In this document: positions 18,711 to 28,893 of the stretch, piece by piece
How positions within the stretch are numbered: the stretch's first letter is position 1
Layout of the letters: each line of letters starts with the position of its first letter
Source: an uncultured Ignavibacteriales bacterium
Lineage (GTDB): Bacteria > Zixibacteria > MSB-5A5 > GN15 > JAAZOE01
NCBI GenBank assembly: GCA_964549765.1
Contig: CAZJWR010000003.1
Location: 48,975-112,974 of the forward strand
Direction of reading: 5' to 3'
DNA: 64,000 nt
The notes under the pieces: model-generated
The model's database searches: none
Told to the model about the DNA's origin: nothing
The model's input: only the letters and a program-made list of their open reading frames with translations
Made by a program: the position numbers and the translations under genes

Positions 18711-20279
18711 TTAGAAGAAATCATCCGGGATTTTGTCTTTGACGTCGTCTGCTTTGCTATTGGCACGATTCTTCAAATAGTCTTCATAGAGAAATATCTT
18801 GAGCGGCAGGGCGAACGGTACGGTCGGCGACGTCAGCAGCGCCTCGCCGGCGGCCAGCGTCTGGATTTCGGTGCCGAGGGCGGAGATGTCCTGTTTGGCC
18901 GAGGAACGCATGATGGTGCGGTCGCGTTCATCGGCCAGTCCGAGGATGAAAATGGAATTGAGCTGCGACAGGAGTTCCTCGGAGAGCAATTTGGGCTGCT
19001 GCGTGATAACGCCTAGGCCGACTTTGAATTTACGACCCTCGCGGACAACCTGGTGGAAAATATTGCTGTCGCCCGCCGATGCTCCCAAGACCCGTTGCGC
19101 CTCTTCGAGCATGATCAGGCAGGGAGTGAGTGTGTCGAATTCTTCTCCCGATTGGTATTTGTATCTATAGCTGTTCAGGACGGCGCGGGTGAGCACGGAT
19201 GTGACCATCGTCTCTTCGGGAGTCGACAAATTGGCGGAATCGACCAGCACGGTGTATCCGTTTTGCAGGCGATTAACGACGTCGCCGCAAGTGGAGACGG
19301 ACGAATCGAAATTGACGGTTTTGAAGTCCTCAAAACGTTGGGCGCGGCGTTTGAGCACGCCCAGAGTCGCCTCCTGGAATGACGCGCTGGAAGCGGTCAA
19401 CTCTTCGGCCAAGGATTCGATGTCTTTTCGTATCAACGTCCGCAGCCATTCCCTGCCATATTTGATGCGCACCGCCCAGAGGGCCTCCCGCTGGGCCTGC
19501 GTGAAGCTGAAAATCTGCTCGACGTCCTCGATTTCGATTTCATTGATGGAGATGGACAAGCTGTTGTGTTCGCCCTTTAATTTTCGCCGGGTATACGTGG
19601 ACAGGCGTTTCCCTGCCAGAGGGTGATCGGCCAGCCCCTTGCGCCGCCCCTTGCCCCCGTCGTGATATTCTCCGTGGGGGTCGAACATCAGCAGACCGTA
19701 ACCCCGACTTTCCATTACAGCGGCGGCGAGCACCTTCATCAGGTTCGATTTACCCATGCCGGTCGTGGCGAAAATACCGAGGTGCTGCGACAGCGACCGT
19801 CCCTCAATGCCGAGCGGCAATTCCATGATCATCTCGCCGCAGCGGAGATTGCCAACGATAAGATCGCCGCTGTAATCCTTGAGAAATGTCATGGTTTCCT
19901 GATCGGGCAACGTCACCCGTGAAAAATGGGCCGGAATCGAACGGGGTCGATGAAATCGTCCCTGATACACGTAGCCGAGTGGCGAGCATTTGGCCAGCTT
20001 ATACAAACGGCGGTCGGGATCGTGGATGCGATACGAACGGCCGTGCAGGTCCTCCTCCATCATCCGGCCGGCGGCTTTTTCGGCCCAATTAGCCTCGGCG
20101 CTCTCGTGACCGTAACTGATGTCGGTGATGCGCAGGAGATATTTCCGACCGGTCTGCTCGTCGTCGGCCATGACGATACCGCCGATGGACAACGGGGTGG
20201 TATAGAGGGAGCGGAAATGCAGTTCCGCTGCCGACCGTCCCACCAAACGTCCGATAAATGTCTGATTCGATTCGCTCAT
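18711..20279 (-). CDS. herA: HerA-like FtsK/HerA-superfamily ATPase (DUF87 type)
   Basis: N-terminal HAS-barrel-like region, Walker A GIFATTGMGKSN, Walker B-like CLIMLEEAQR, and a downstream VITQQP motif. The start overlaps the NurA-like stop by 4 nt. Confidence 0.8.
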   Translation of the reverse strand: MSESNQTFIGRLVGRSAAELHFRSLYTTPLSIGGIVMADDEQTGRKYLLRITDISYGHESAEANWAEKAAGRMMEEDLHGRSYRIHDPDRRLYKLAKCSPLGYVYQGRFHRPRSIPAHFSRVTLPDQETMTFLKDYSGDLIVGNLRCGEMIMELPLGIEGRSLSQHLGIFATTGMGKSNLMKVLAAAVMESRGYGLLMFDPHGEYHDGGKGRRKGLADHPLAGKRLSTYTRRKLKGEHNSLSISINEIEIEDVEQIFSFTQAQREALWAVRIKYGREWLRTLIRKDIESLAEELTASSASFQEATLGVLKRRAQRFEDFKTVNFDSSVSTCGDVVNRLQNGYTVLVDSANLSTPEETMVTSVLTRAVLNSYRYKYQSGEEFDTLTPCLIMLEEAQRVLGASAGDSNIFHQVVREGRKFKVGLGVITQQPKLLSEELLSQLNSIFILGLADERDRTIMRSSAKQDISALGTEIQTLAAGEALLTSPTVPFALPLKIFLYEDYLKNRANSKADDVKDKIPDDFF

Positions 20280-21343
20280 GGTATGGTCGTGTCCAGCAAG
20301 TCCGCGTTTAGACGGTCATGCGCGTCTCCTGATAGATAATGCCATAGTTCGCGGGGAAAGTCAATATGTTCGAGGGCGCGTTCGAGCGTTTCGCAGATGT
20401 GGTTTCGCAGAATTCCATCGATACGGGCCAGCCGATGGGCCGCCGCCAAGGGATAAGGATAGCCCGCGAATTCGATATCATCCGAAATCGAAACCAGCGC
20501 GGCGAAAACATCGTCGATATCATCATCGTAGCGATTGATGTCTATTCGATACGGTTTGTCCGCATACGAATGCAACTGGGCCAAGTAGATATTGCCCAGC
20601 CAGCCGCTCGTTTCGGGCAGATCCCGATTCAGGCGCCTGTACCACAGGCCGGTGCCAGCATCCTTCGGTGCGGTGTCACCCATACGGCTGTCCAGCGGAA
20701 GCGAGTTATTGACCGACAGCGAGCTTTGTTTCGTTACCGCGGCGACATGGATTTTTCGTTCCGTTGCGAGGCGCATGAGACGCCGCTGATGTTCCAGGTT
20801 GAACGCCGGATGTCCCCGGAGCGAACCATCGACAAGGACCAGACTATCCGATTCCGCGTCCTCGATCAGACTTTCGAGCAGCCGCCATTCGGCCAGCCAG
20901 CGGAGATCATCGACCGCTCGCGCCGGAACCGACGGATTATATCCGCCGGGAATGTCGGCGGCGTATTCGCGGACGATGTCGGCCGCCGCCGAGCGATCAT
21001 AAGCGACGACTTCCGGCGGTGAACATTGCTCCCGCAGGCGGACCCGGTCGCGGAAACACACCATCCCCGCCCGCCATGCGATCACCTCGGCCAGGCCGCC
21101 GTATCCGACGACGGCCGACCCGCCGTCGACGGCGTAAACCGTGGCAACATGAGCCGCGGCAGTTATGTCATGTCTCGGGGCGTCGTCAAGGGATTTGACC
21201 AATTGCGGCGATCCTATCTTGTCGTCGGTCGGCATGGATTCCTGCTGGGCCGGGGTGGCGGCGTAGAGAGTCTTCAATTCGCGCGCCACGCGGGCAGCGG
21301 TGTCGTATTCGAGACAATTATGTTCGCCGGTAACGTAGGGCAT
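20276..21343 (-). CDS. nurA: NurA-like nuclease
   Basis: NurA-type catalytic Asp motifs AVDGGS and LVLVDGSLRG, plus the position directly upstream of herA. The start codon is uncertain: the ATG at 21343 has no RBS and abuts a terminator T-tract. Confidence 0.65.
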   Translation of the reverse strand: MPYVTGEHNCLEYDTAARVARELKTLYAATPAQQESMPTDDKIGSPQLVKSLDDAPRHDITAAAHVATVYAVDGGSAVVGYGGLAEVIAWRAGMVCFRDRVRLREQCSPPEVVAYDRSAAADIVREYAADIPGGYNPSVPARAVDDLRWLAEWRLLESLIEDAESDSLVLVDGSLRGHPAFNLEHQRRLMRLATERKIHVAAVTKQSSLSVNNSLPLDSRMGDTAPKDAGTGLWYRRLNRDLPETSGWLGNIYLAQLHSYADKPYRIDINRYDDDIDDVFAALVSISDDIEFAGYPYPLAAAHRLARIDGILRNHICETLERALEHIDFPRELWHYLSGDAHDRLNADLLDTTIP

Positions 21344-21344
21344 G

Positions 21345-21375
21345 AAAAAATATATGCGGCCAGCGAGCCGGCCGC
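21345..21375 (-). terminator. intrinsic terminator after the NtrC-type regulator gene
   Basis: Minus strand reads GCGGCCGGCTCGCTGGCCGC (6-7 bp GC stem, 6-nt loop) followed by ATATATTTTTT. Confidence 0.6.
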
Positions 21376-21424
21376 AAGTTTATATCAGAACGGATAGACA
21401 AAAATGTGATCGGCGAACGGGGTG

Positions 21425-22858
21425 TTAATATATTCCGTAGCGGCTGATACGATCACGGAGGGTATTGCGCGAAATCCCCAGCATTTCCGAGGCTTTCACT
21501 TGGTTCGAATTGTAATGCTTGAGACAGGCGGCGATCAGCGCCTTTTCCATCGACGATTGCATCAATTGATAGGCGCGGCCGAAACTTCCGGCCACCAAGC
21601 GCGGGAAAATCGGGTCGATGAGCCGTTCGAACATGGCCATGTAATCTTCCTGGAGGCTTTCCAGATCGATTTCGATCTTGTTGTTTTCCTCATTGAAGAT
21701 CGGAAAATCTTCAGCCTGCAATTCATCGTTCTTGGCCATGACCATAGCGGTATGGATGTTGTTTTCCAGTTCGCGGACGTTTCCCGGCCAGATGTATTTA
21801 TTCAGCATCGTCTTGGCTTTTTTGGAGACGGACTTGATGTTGCTATTGAGCGTCTTGTTGTACTTTTTGATAAAATGATCGACGAGAAGCGACACGTCTT
21901 CCTTGCGCTCTCTCAGCGGCGGCATATAAATGGACACAACTTTCAGGCGATAGAACAGATCGACGCGGAAGGAACCGTCCTTCATGCACTGCACCAACGA
22001 TTTATTGGTGGCGGCGATAATCCGGACGTCGACTTTGATGGTTTCGTTGCCGCCGAGCCGTTCGAATTCCTTTTCCTGCAATACCCGAAGGACTTTGCCC
22101 TGGGTCAGCATAGACATATCGGCGACTTCGTCGAGGAAAATCGTCCCCTGGTCGCACTGTTCGAATTTACCGATGCGCTTGAAGTAGGCTCCGGTAAAAG
22201 CGCCCTTTTCATGACCGAACAGTTCCGATTCGAGCAGGGTATCGGAAAGGGCTGCACAGTTGACCGATAAAAACAGATTGTTTCGCCGCAGGCTGTTGCG
22301 ATGGATGGCCCGCGCCACCAGTTCCTTGCCCGTGCCCGACTCACCGAATATCAGTACCGCCGCGTCGGTCTTGGCCACCTGACCGATCAATTTGGCGATT
22401 TCGACGATTTCAGGAGATTGCCCGACGATTTCATCGGGAACATGTTCGTCCTCGGCGGGGGGCTGTTCCGGGTGACGGCGCGATTCCTGGCGCCCGAACC
22501 CGCAGGCTTTATTGACCGTATCGATCAGCTTGTTCACTTCGAACGGTTTGGTCAGGTACTCGTATGCCCCCTCCCGCATCGCCTCCATGGCGTTTTCGGT
22601 GGAGATGAATCCGGAGATGACGATCACTGGCAGTTTCTGGTCGATCTTTTTTATGTCTCGCAGGACATCGAGGCCGGAGCAGGAAGGGAGATTCACGTCG
22701 AGCATGACCAGGTCAAGATCTTCCTTGTTGGCGGTGACATACCGGGATGTCTCCTGCCCGTCATCAAGACGGTGGAAGGCGTACTTCTCCGGGTCGAATA
22801 GATTTATTACCGAATTTGAGAGATCAATATCGTCATCGACAAGCAGTATGTTCTTCAT
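21425..22858 (-). CDS. sigma-54-dependent response regulator (NtrC family: REC, AAA+, Fis-type HTH)
   Basis: Receiver domain (LLVDDD...VMLDVNLP...KPF), AAA+ Walker A GESGTGKE, canonical GAFTGA, and a C-terminal HTH ([20 protein letters not shown]). Confidence 0.93.
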   Translation of the reverse strand: MKNILLVDDDIDLSNSVINLFDPEKYAFHRLDDGQETSRYVTANKEDLDLVMLDVNLPSCSGLDVLRDIKKIDQKLPVIVISGFISTENAMEAMREGAYEYLTKPFEVNKLIDTVNKACGFGRQESRRHPEQPPAEDEHVPDEIVGQSPEIVEIAKLIGQVAKTDAAVLIFGESGTGKELVARAIHRNSLRRNNLFLSVNCAALSDTLLESELFGHEKGAFTGAYFKRIGKFEQCDQGTIFLDEVADMSMLTQGKVLRVLQEKEFERLGGNETIKVDVRIIAATNKSLVQCMKDGSFRVDLFYRLKVVSIYMPPLRERKEDVSLLVDHFIKKYNKTLNSNIKSVSKKAKTMLNKYIWPGNVRELENNIHTAMVMAKNDELQAEDFPIFNEENNKIEIDLESLQEDYMAMFERLIDPIFPRLVAGSFGRAYQLMQSSMEKALIAACLKHYNSNQVKASEMLGISRNTLRDRISRYGIY

Positions 22859-22964
22859 GTATTTCGGTCCCCATAAGTTACTATGGTATAGTATTCTAAT
22901 CGGTTGAATCGGGGGGTTATTTAGCGGGAATTGTGCAAATTCTTAACGATGAAAAAAATAAATG

Positions 22965-24320
22965 TCATTTGCGGAGATTGTATTTTTCGATGAGATCATA
23001 AAGCGTGGTCCGGCTGGTGTTCAATTCACGGCTGACCCGTGAAATATTCCAGTTGTTGCGCACGAGCGAATCGGTCAGGCAGTTTTTTTCAGCCTCTTCC
23101 CGTATCTCCTGAAGCGATCGGGGCTTATGATTCTCACCGGATGCGTTCGGGAGCGGCAGGTCGGCCGGCTTTATCTTCTTGTCGCGAGCCATGATAACCG
23201 CCCGCTTGATCTTATTCTCGAGCTCCCGGACATTCCCCGGCCACGGGTAAGCAGCGATGGCCCGGGCGGCGGCCTCGGTCAGAGACAGATTGGGCATATT
23301 ATTCTCCTGACCATAACGATTCAGGAATGTCGTCGCCAGCAGTAAAATATCGTCGCCGCGGTCGCGCAGAGGCGGCATATCGATGGTGATGACCGACAGC
23401 CGATAATACAAATCCTCGCGGAACGTGCTGCCATTGACCTCCTCCATCAGATCGCGGTTGGTGGCAGCCAGGATACGTACATCAAGGCTGATTTTCTCAT
23501 GGCCGCCCACCCGTTCGATACTGCGGTCTTCGAGGACGCGCAGGAGTTTGACTTGCAGTTTCAGCGACAGTTCGCCGATTTCATCAAGGAAAATCGTGCC
23601 GCCGTCGGCCATCTCGAATTTGCCCCGCTTCTGGGCATGGGCGTCGGTGAAAGACCCTTTTTCGTGGCCGAATAATTCGGATTCCAAGAGGTTTTCGGGA
23701 ATGGCGCCGCAGTTGATAGTCACAAAGGGACCTTTATGCCTGGGGCTGGAGGCGTGAATCGCCTTGGCGACCAATTCCTTGCCGGTGCCGGATTCCCCGG
23801 TTATCAGCACGGTGTAGTCGCTGCCGGCAACAGTTTTGACGACCTTGAAGACATCGAGCATCTTATCGGAATCGCCGATGATGTTCTCAAAACTCTTGAT
23901 CCGCGCCAATTCCGAGGTCAATTCGCTGTTTTCTCGTTCCAGCCGGGCGACGTTGATGCCGCGTTCGATGATGATACTGAGCTGGTCTAAATCGATCGGT
24001 TTGGTAAAGAAATCATATGCTCCCAGTCGAATGGCCGTAAGGGCGTTTTTATGCTCGCCATGACCGGTGACCATGATAACCTTGCAGAACGGGTTCAGGT
24101 CCAGATATTTCTCGATCAGATGGATGCCTTCGGCCGCGCCGTCGCGCGACGTTAGCGCGATATCCTGCAGGATGATCAGCGGCCGGTGCTTCTCCGCCTG
24201 CTCCAGCGCATCGTCGGTCCCTTCCGCTTCGAGGACATGATACTTGTCGACCATGGCCCACTTTAATTGTGACCGGATACCCTCGTCGTCGTCGACGATC
24301 ATGATTTTCTGCTTATCCAC
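22965..24320 (-). CDS. sigma-54-dependent response regulator, PrsR-like (PEP-CTERM-box regulator type)
   Basis: [18 protein letters not shown] and [17 protein letters not shown] resemble PrsR as I recall it. AAA+ GESGTGKE. The sigma-54 contact loop is GSFTDA rather than GAFTGA. HTH is [19 protein letters not shown]. Confidence 0.85.
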   Translation of the reverse strand: MDKQKIMIVDDDEGIRSQLKWAMVDKYHVLEAEGTDDALEQAEKHRPLIILQDIALTSRDGAAEGIHLIEKYLDLNPFCKVIMVTGHGEHKNALTAIRLGAYDFFTKPIDLDQLSIIIERGINVARLERENSELTSELARIKSFENIIGDSDKMLDVFKVVKTVAGSDYTVLITGESGTGKELVAKAIHASSPRHKGPFVTINCGAIPENLLESELFGHEKGSFTDAHAQKRGKFEMADGGTIFLDEIGELSLKLQVKLLRVLEDRSIERVGGHEKISLDVRILAATNRDLMEEVNGSTFREDLYYRLSVITIDMPPLRDRGDDILLLATTFLNRYGQENNMPNLSLTEAAARAIAAYPWPGNVRELENKIKRAVIMARDKKIKPADLPLPNASGENHKPRSLQEIREEAEKNCLTDSLVRNNWNISRVSRELNTSRTTLYDLIEKYNLRK

Positions 24321-26418
24321 GTCGATATTCTCCCGGCAGATAAATGACGAATTCGGCGCCGTTGCCCGGTTCGCTGATCACCTCCATCCGACCCCGGTGG
24401 GCCATGACGATCTCCCGTGACTGGTACATGCCGATCCCGAGACCGTGCGGCTTGGTCGAGGCGAACGGTTTGAACAGCCGCGTCGAGATGAATTCCTGCT
24501 CCAGGCCGGGCCCGGTATCGGCAATCGACACGGCCACGACCCCGTCGCTGTCGGACGGCCGGGTCGTGATGGTCAGCTTTCCGCCATCGGGCATGGCTTC
24601 GATCGCGTTCATGACAAGATTATCGAACACGGAACCGATTTTTTCATTATCGGCGATTATGACCACGTTGTGATCCACAGCGACCGTCGTAACGATTGGT
24701 TTTATCGTTTCTATCCTGACCCGTTTCAGGGTCTTGTGTATCAAGGCGGACAGGTTGACTTCTTCCAAATATAGTTTATCCTCAGTTTTCTCTTCCGTCA
24801 AGCGCGATATGATTTTTTTCTGGCGGTTGACGGCCTTGGCGATGGTCAGGATGGCTTCCTTCTGGAATTCCGGGTTGCTCATGTTCTTTTCGGCGTTCTG
24901 CATCAGCATCGACAGCATGGCCACGGAGTTTTTCAGATCGTGCAGCACAAACGACGAAAATCGATGAAATGATTCGATCTCGCGCGAGATCATGATTTCG
25001 TCGGTCATGCGCGCCGCCAGGATGGTCAAGGCCACGGGGTTGGAGGCGGCCTCGATGAAAGCGATCTCATCCGACGACAGAGGCCGGCCGGAGGCGTGGA
25101 CGCTGACGCCCCAAAAGCCCAGTGGCTGCTGGCGGGCGATGAATGGCACCAGCAGGAATATTTCAAACGGGGCGGCTTTCTTCACGATATCGATCTGGGC
25201 CGATTCATCGGGAGCTTTTTCCCGAAGGGTGGACAGTTCCACGGGATGGCCGAACCGAGACAGCCAGTCGCACAGACGGTCGAGATTTTCGGCGGGTATG
25301 CCGCGATCGATGCCGTCGCCGCAATATAAGGTGTAATTGATCGACGGGGCCGGTTCTTTGATGACAAACAGGCAATGGTCGATCTTGAGCAAGCGGCGCA
25401 GGAGTTCCCCGGTCCGGGAATAGATGGCGTCCATTTCGAGAGTCACGGAAACCTCTTCGGCGAATTCCTTCCATTCGGCGGCGTACGGGCTTTTGGCCCG
25501 GAATGGCGTCCCCGGCGACGGATCGACCTTGAACCGCGACCGCAGCGCCTGCGAGGCAACGAGAATAATAAAGGTGACGACCATCAGCAGGAGTACGGCC
25601 AGGGAAAAGAACATCCCCTCGTCGAGGTTGTACTTGACCAGAAATTCTCCGACGGCGCCGATGATCAGGAAGTATATGCCGAATAAGACCACGACCAAAG
25701 ACGAGTAGACGCCCCGGCGGGTCAGAATGATGCCGTCATTGGAGGGATCGAACAGAATATAATGCCGGGCCGCGGGAACGCTGACCAGGGCGAATAGCAA
25801 AAAGGTGATGGAGAGGATCAGGTCGCCGACCCGCCCATAGAGGACGGCCACAGTCGCGACGCCGAGCAGGCTGATGGCATACGCCAGAAGCGGAAAGAAA
25901 GATCGCTTAATCCTCTCCCGCGCCAACCCCAGCGACGACCGGTAGCAAATCTCGATGGCGTACGCCCCGGCGGTGACGCTGACGATGAGGAAAGCCGACA
26001 GCCAGAAATATATGCGGCCGAGATCGAGAAACCATCCCCGGTTTACGATAACAAGATCGATCGAACCGGTTATCCAGAAATACACGAACATGACACCGGA
26101 TAGCGCGAGAAAAAAATAGAAGAGAATTCCCGACATGCGCGGCCTCTCGGCGACATCCAATCCCCACCGGGAAGCGAGAGCATACCAGCCGAACGGCAAA
26201 AAGGCCACGAAGAAATAGAGCATGATGTAGCCGAGAACCCAGAGCGCCGAAACTTGGCTCGATTCGATGATTCCGGCGGTGATACCCAGGAGATTGACGA
26301 CGATGAGAAAAAGGAAGGGGCGGGTGTACGGAGCCAACCCCCGTTTCAACAAGACCAGGCCGCCGGCAATGATGAGAATTCCTCCGGCGACATAGTGCAT
26401 TGTCGCGATCGGGTTCAT
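24313..26418 (-). CDS. polytopic sensor histidine kinase, PrsK-like (multi-TM N-terminus, GAF-like region, HisKA, HATPase)
   Basis: About 300 aa of TM helices, then a GAF-like region, an H-box (SFVLHDLKNS), N box (DNLVMNAIEA), and G boxes (DTGPGL, GLGIGM). Overlaps the downstream regulator by 8 nt. Confidence 0.85.
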   Translation of the reverse strand: MNPIATMHYVAGGILIIAGGLVLLKRGLAPYTRPFLFLIVVNLLGITAGIIESSQVSALWVLGYIMLYFFVAFLPFGWYALASRWGLDVAERPRMSGILFYFFLALSGVMFVYFWITGSIDLVIVNRGWFLDLGRIYFWLSAFLIVSVTAGAYAIEICYRSSLGLARERIKRSFFPLLAYAISLLGVATVAVLYGRVGDLILSITFLLFALVSVPAARHYILFDPSNDGIILTRRGVYSSLVVVLFGIYFLIIGAVGEFLVKYNLDEGMFFSLAVLLLMVVTFIILVASQALRSRFKVDPSPGTPFRAKSPYAAEWKEFAEEVSVTLEMDAIYSRTGELLRRLLKIDHCLFVIKEPAPSINYTLYCGDGIDRGIPAENLDRLCDWLSRFGHPVELSTLREKAPDESAQIDIVKKAAPFEIFLLVPFIARQQPLGFWGVSVHASGRPLSSDEIAFIEAASNPVALTILAARMTDEIMISREIESFHRFSSFVLHDLKNSVAMLSMLMQNAEKNMSNPEFQKEAILTIAKAVNRQKKIISRLTEEKTEDKLYLEEVNLSALIHKTLKRVRIETIKPIVTTVAVDHNVVIIADNEKIGSVFDNLVMNAIEAMPDGGKLTITTRPSDSDGVVAVSIADTGPGLEQEFISTRLFKPFASTKPHGLGIGMYQSREIVMAHRGRMEVISEPGNGAEFVIYLPGEYRRG

Positions 26419-26421
26419 CGT

Positions 26422-27276
26422 CTACGTCGATTGATCCATAAAACATTTGACGGCCGTGCCGAGCATGAAGAAATTGAGAATGACGTCCAGACCGATGCTG
26501 ATGAGGATCAGATAGAAGACGAGGTCCGGCGAAAAATTGGTCACGACGGTGCTGGCGTTGGATAACGCCCATGACGGCAGGAAGCCGACCAGGTAGGGAA
26601 TCAACACCAGACCGAGGGCAACGAAGGGATGACGCATGGCGACGGTGAACCCGTGTTTGATGCGGCTCAGCCACGATCCCGTTCCGGCCATGAGGCTGGG
26701 GAGCAGAAAGATACAGGCAGCATAAACGACGATGGTTATTCCCCGCAACAGGAACTCGGCGCCGGCGCGCCGCCGCGGCGCAGCCTGCAGCGAAAATCCG
26801 ATGACTTTTTCGACAAAATCGAAGAAATAGGTATTAAGGAGGTACAGCGCGCCGAGCACGACAAACCAGACCAGCATCAATTGAAAATAGCGCCGCAGGG
26901 CATTGCCGACCGAGGTCATGAAAACCGGCTTCCGGCCATGATACAGTGCGATAAATAAATCTATCACAATCCCGAACAGGAAGGCTTCGACGACGAGATT
27001 GACGACCATCTGGGCCTGCCCGAAGAAATAGGGCATGAAGACGAACTGGGCCGGATAATGGAAAAAGGCGTTGGCCAATTCAGGCCGGAAAATGCCCGTC
27101 CACGCCTTGATGACGGGACTGATGACAGGCGAAAAGATATAGAGATGCATCAGGGCCAGGATGAGCATCAAAAAGGCCTGGATGAGCAACGGCACCCACA
27201 ACTTGATGCGGCCCACCTGACGAAATGTCTGCCCGTAGAGATAACCAAACTCGGATATCGCTATTCGCTGCGCCAT
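26422..27276 (-). CDS. polytopic membrane protein of unknown function
   Basis: Six or more hydrophobic helices and no recognisable motif. The stop lies 3 nt upstream of the kinase start, suggesting cotranslation. Confidence 0.6.
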   Translation of the reverse strand: MAQRIAISEFGYLYGQTFRQVGRIKLWVPLLIQAFLMLILALMHLYIFSPVISPVIKAWTGIFRPELANAFFHYPAQFVFMPYFFGQAQMVVNLVVEAFLFGIVIDLFIALYHGRKPVFMTSVGNALRRYFQLMLVWFVVLGALYLLNTYFFDFVEKVIGFSLQAAPRRRAGAEFLLRGITIVVYAACIFLLPSLMAGTGSWLSRIKHGFTVAMRHPFVALGLVLIPYLVGFLPSWALSNASTVVTNFSPDLVFYLILISIGLDVILNFFMLGTAVKCFMDQST

Positions 27277-27311
27277 AAAATACCTGCCTGACTGTATTAG
27301 ACAATTCCCTC

Positions 27312-28883
27312 TCAGGGAATGTTTATCAAGACCTCATTGGAGGGCGATTTCAAGCCTTGTTGATCGACGACATAGACGCGATAGTAATATGTCCCGGCGG
27401 CGGGGATGGAGCGATCGGTATAGGTCGTCGTCTGTTGATCGGTTATGAAATCTATGACCAGATTCGGGTCGTATGATCCGGTCGAGGCATCGCTGCGCAC
27501 GATGTAATAGGCCTCAAAATCGTCCGCGGTGCACGGATTCGCCCAGCTGATCTTGGCCGTCAGAGAATCGCCGGTGGTGTTGACCCGGATCGTCACCGAA
27601 TCCGGATATTCGTTTTCCAAAGTACGGATGTAGGTCCGCTCCGAAGCGACCTCGTTGCCGTGCGTGTCCTCGACATACACCCAGTAGGCGTAGGTTTGCA
27701 TCTCCTTGAGATTCTCGTCGAGAAATTTGGCGTCGCCGGCCTGGACGATCTGAATCGCCAGAGTCGAATCCGTGCCAACCAGCGTACTTTCCGCGCGGAA
27801 AACGCGGTAACGCGAAAAATCGTTGATGTCCGAAACGGTCCAGAGCAACTGCACCTCAAGAGACGATACGGCGTATCCCCAGACGGTCACCGGATCGGGC
27901 GGCGAAGTGACGTTCAATTTGTACGATGCAACCTTGCCGGGAGCCGCATTACCGGCGGCGTCGGTGAAATGCCCGGTGACGGCCGCTGAGATCAGTTCGG
28001 TCTCTTCGGCAATAATATCATCCGCTTCGAATACGTGATCGCCTGCAATGCGGTCGCCGTTGGCGCCCAAGTCGTTGAGATTGATGGTTCCGCCGCCGGT
28101 GATTTCCACCGATGCCGATTGTCCCTCCTCGGACGCGTACACCGCGAAATGCACGGTATCCCCCGGCCCCAAAAATAGATCGGGTGGAATGGGACTAAGG
28201 TTGGGATAGGTGACCGTCACCGAATCGATGACGGCGCTGCGATCCAGGATAATGTCGTCCGACGCGCTCGTAACGGAATTACCCCCGGCGTTGATTTGGA
28301 ATCGGGCGTAAACGGTTTTGACGCCGTCGCCGTCGGACAGTCGGAAGCTTTTGGAATTCCCGAACGTTTCCCAGTGGGCTCCGGCGAACGACGCATCCTC
28401 GGACAGTTGAACGAGGCTGACGTTCTGCGGGGCGGTCAGGGACACGGTGACGTCGCGGGTCTTCGTGTACTGCCGGTCGTTCTCTATGATAATGGAAAAG
28501 ACGCCCGGGGAGGCCGCCGCCGGGCTCGATTTATCGCCTTCCAGTCCGGTCGTGTCGACCGCCGCCACGCGGAAATAATACTGCCGGCCGTTGACCAGTC
28601 CCGTCGCCGTGTAAGACATGGCATTGGTATCCGTGGAATCGAGCAGCGTCGCCGCCGTCACGGTCGAATCGGAAAAGTAGATCACGAAATGATCCACCGC
28701 GGCCGTGTCACCGACCGTCCAGGAAAGATCTACTTGCCTATCCCCGACCGACGCCGTCACGCCCCGGGGCGTCTCCGGCTTGACCGGCAAAGGCAGAGAA
28801 CGGTTGGGAGCTTCGATTTGGTTGCTGCAGCCGGCCACCGCAAGCCCCAGTATCACCGAAAGTATGCAGAGGTATTTGCCCAT
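27312..28883 (-). CDS. lipoprotein with repeated fibronectin type III-like / Ig-like domains
   Basis: Lipobox LAVAGCS. Several Fn3-like units (PRGVTASVGDRQVDLSWT...YYFRVAAVD, VQLLWT...YAYWVYVED, AKISWA...YYYRVYVVD). Confidence 0.75.
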   Translation of the reverse strand: MGKYLCILSVILGLAVAGCSNQIEAPNRSLPLPVKPETPRGVTASVGDRQVDLSWTVGDTAAVDHFVIYFSDSTVTAATLLDSTDTNAMSYTATGLVNGRQYYFRVAAVDTTGLEGDKSSPAAASPGVFSIIIENDRQYTKTRDVTVSLTAPQNVSLVQLSEDASFAGAHWETFGNSKSFRLSDGDGVKTVYARFQINAGGNSVTSASDDIILDRSAVIDSVTVTYPNLSPIPPDLFLGPGDTVHFAVYASEEGQSASVEITGGGTINLNDLGANGDRIAGDHVFEADDIIAEETELISAAVTGHFTDAAGNAAPGKVASYKLNVTSPPDPVTVWGYAVSSLEVQLLWTVSDINDFSRYRVFRAESTLVGTDSTLAIQIVQAGDAKFLDENLKEMQTYAYWVYVEDTHGNEVASERTYIRTLENEYPDSVTIRVNTTGDSLTAKISWANPCTADDFEAYYIVRSDASTGSYDPNLVIDFITDQQTTTYTDRSIPAAGTYYYRVYVVDQQGLKSPSNEVLINIP

Positions 28884-28893
28884 CAGTCCATCC

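Noticed and set aside
18761-18776. TGGCACGATTCTTCAA on the plus strand.
   Set aside because: It lies inside the 3' end of the herA-like gene on the opposite strand. The -12 position is TTCA (no GC), and there is no plus-strand gene downstream.
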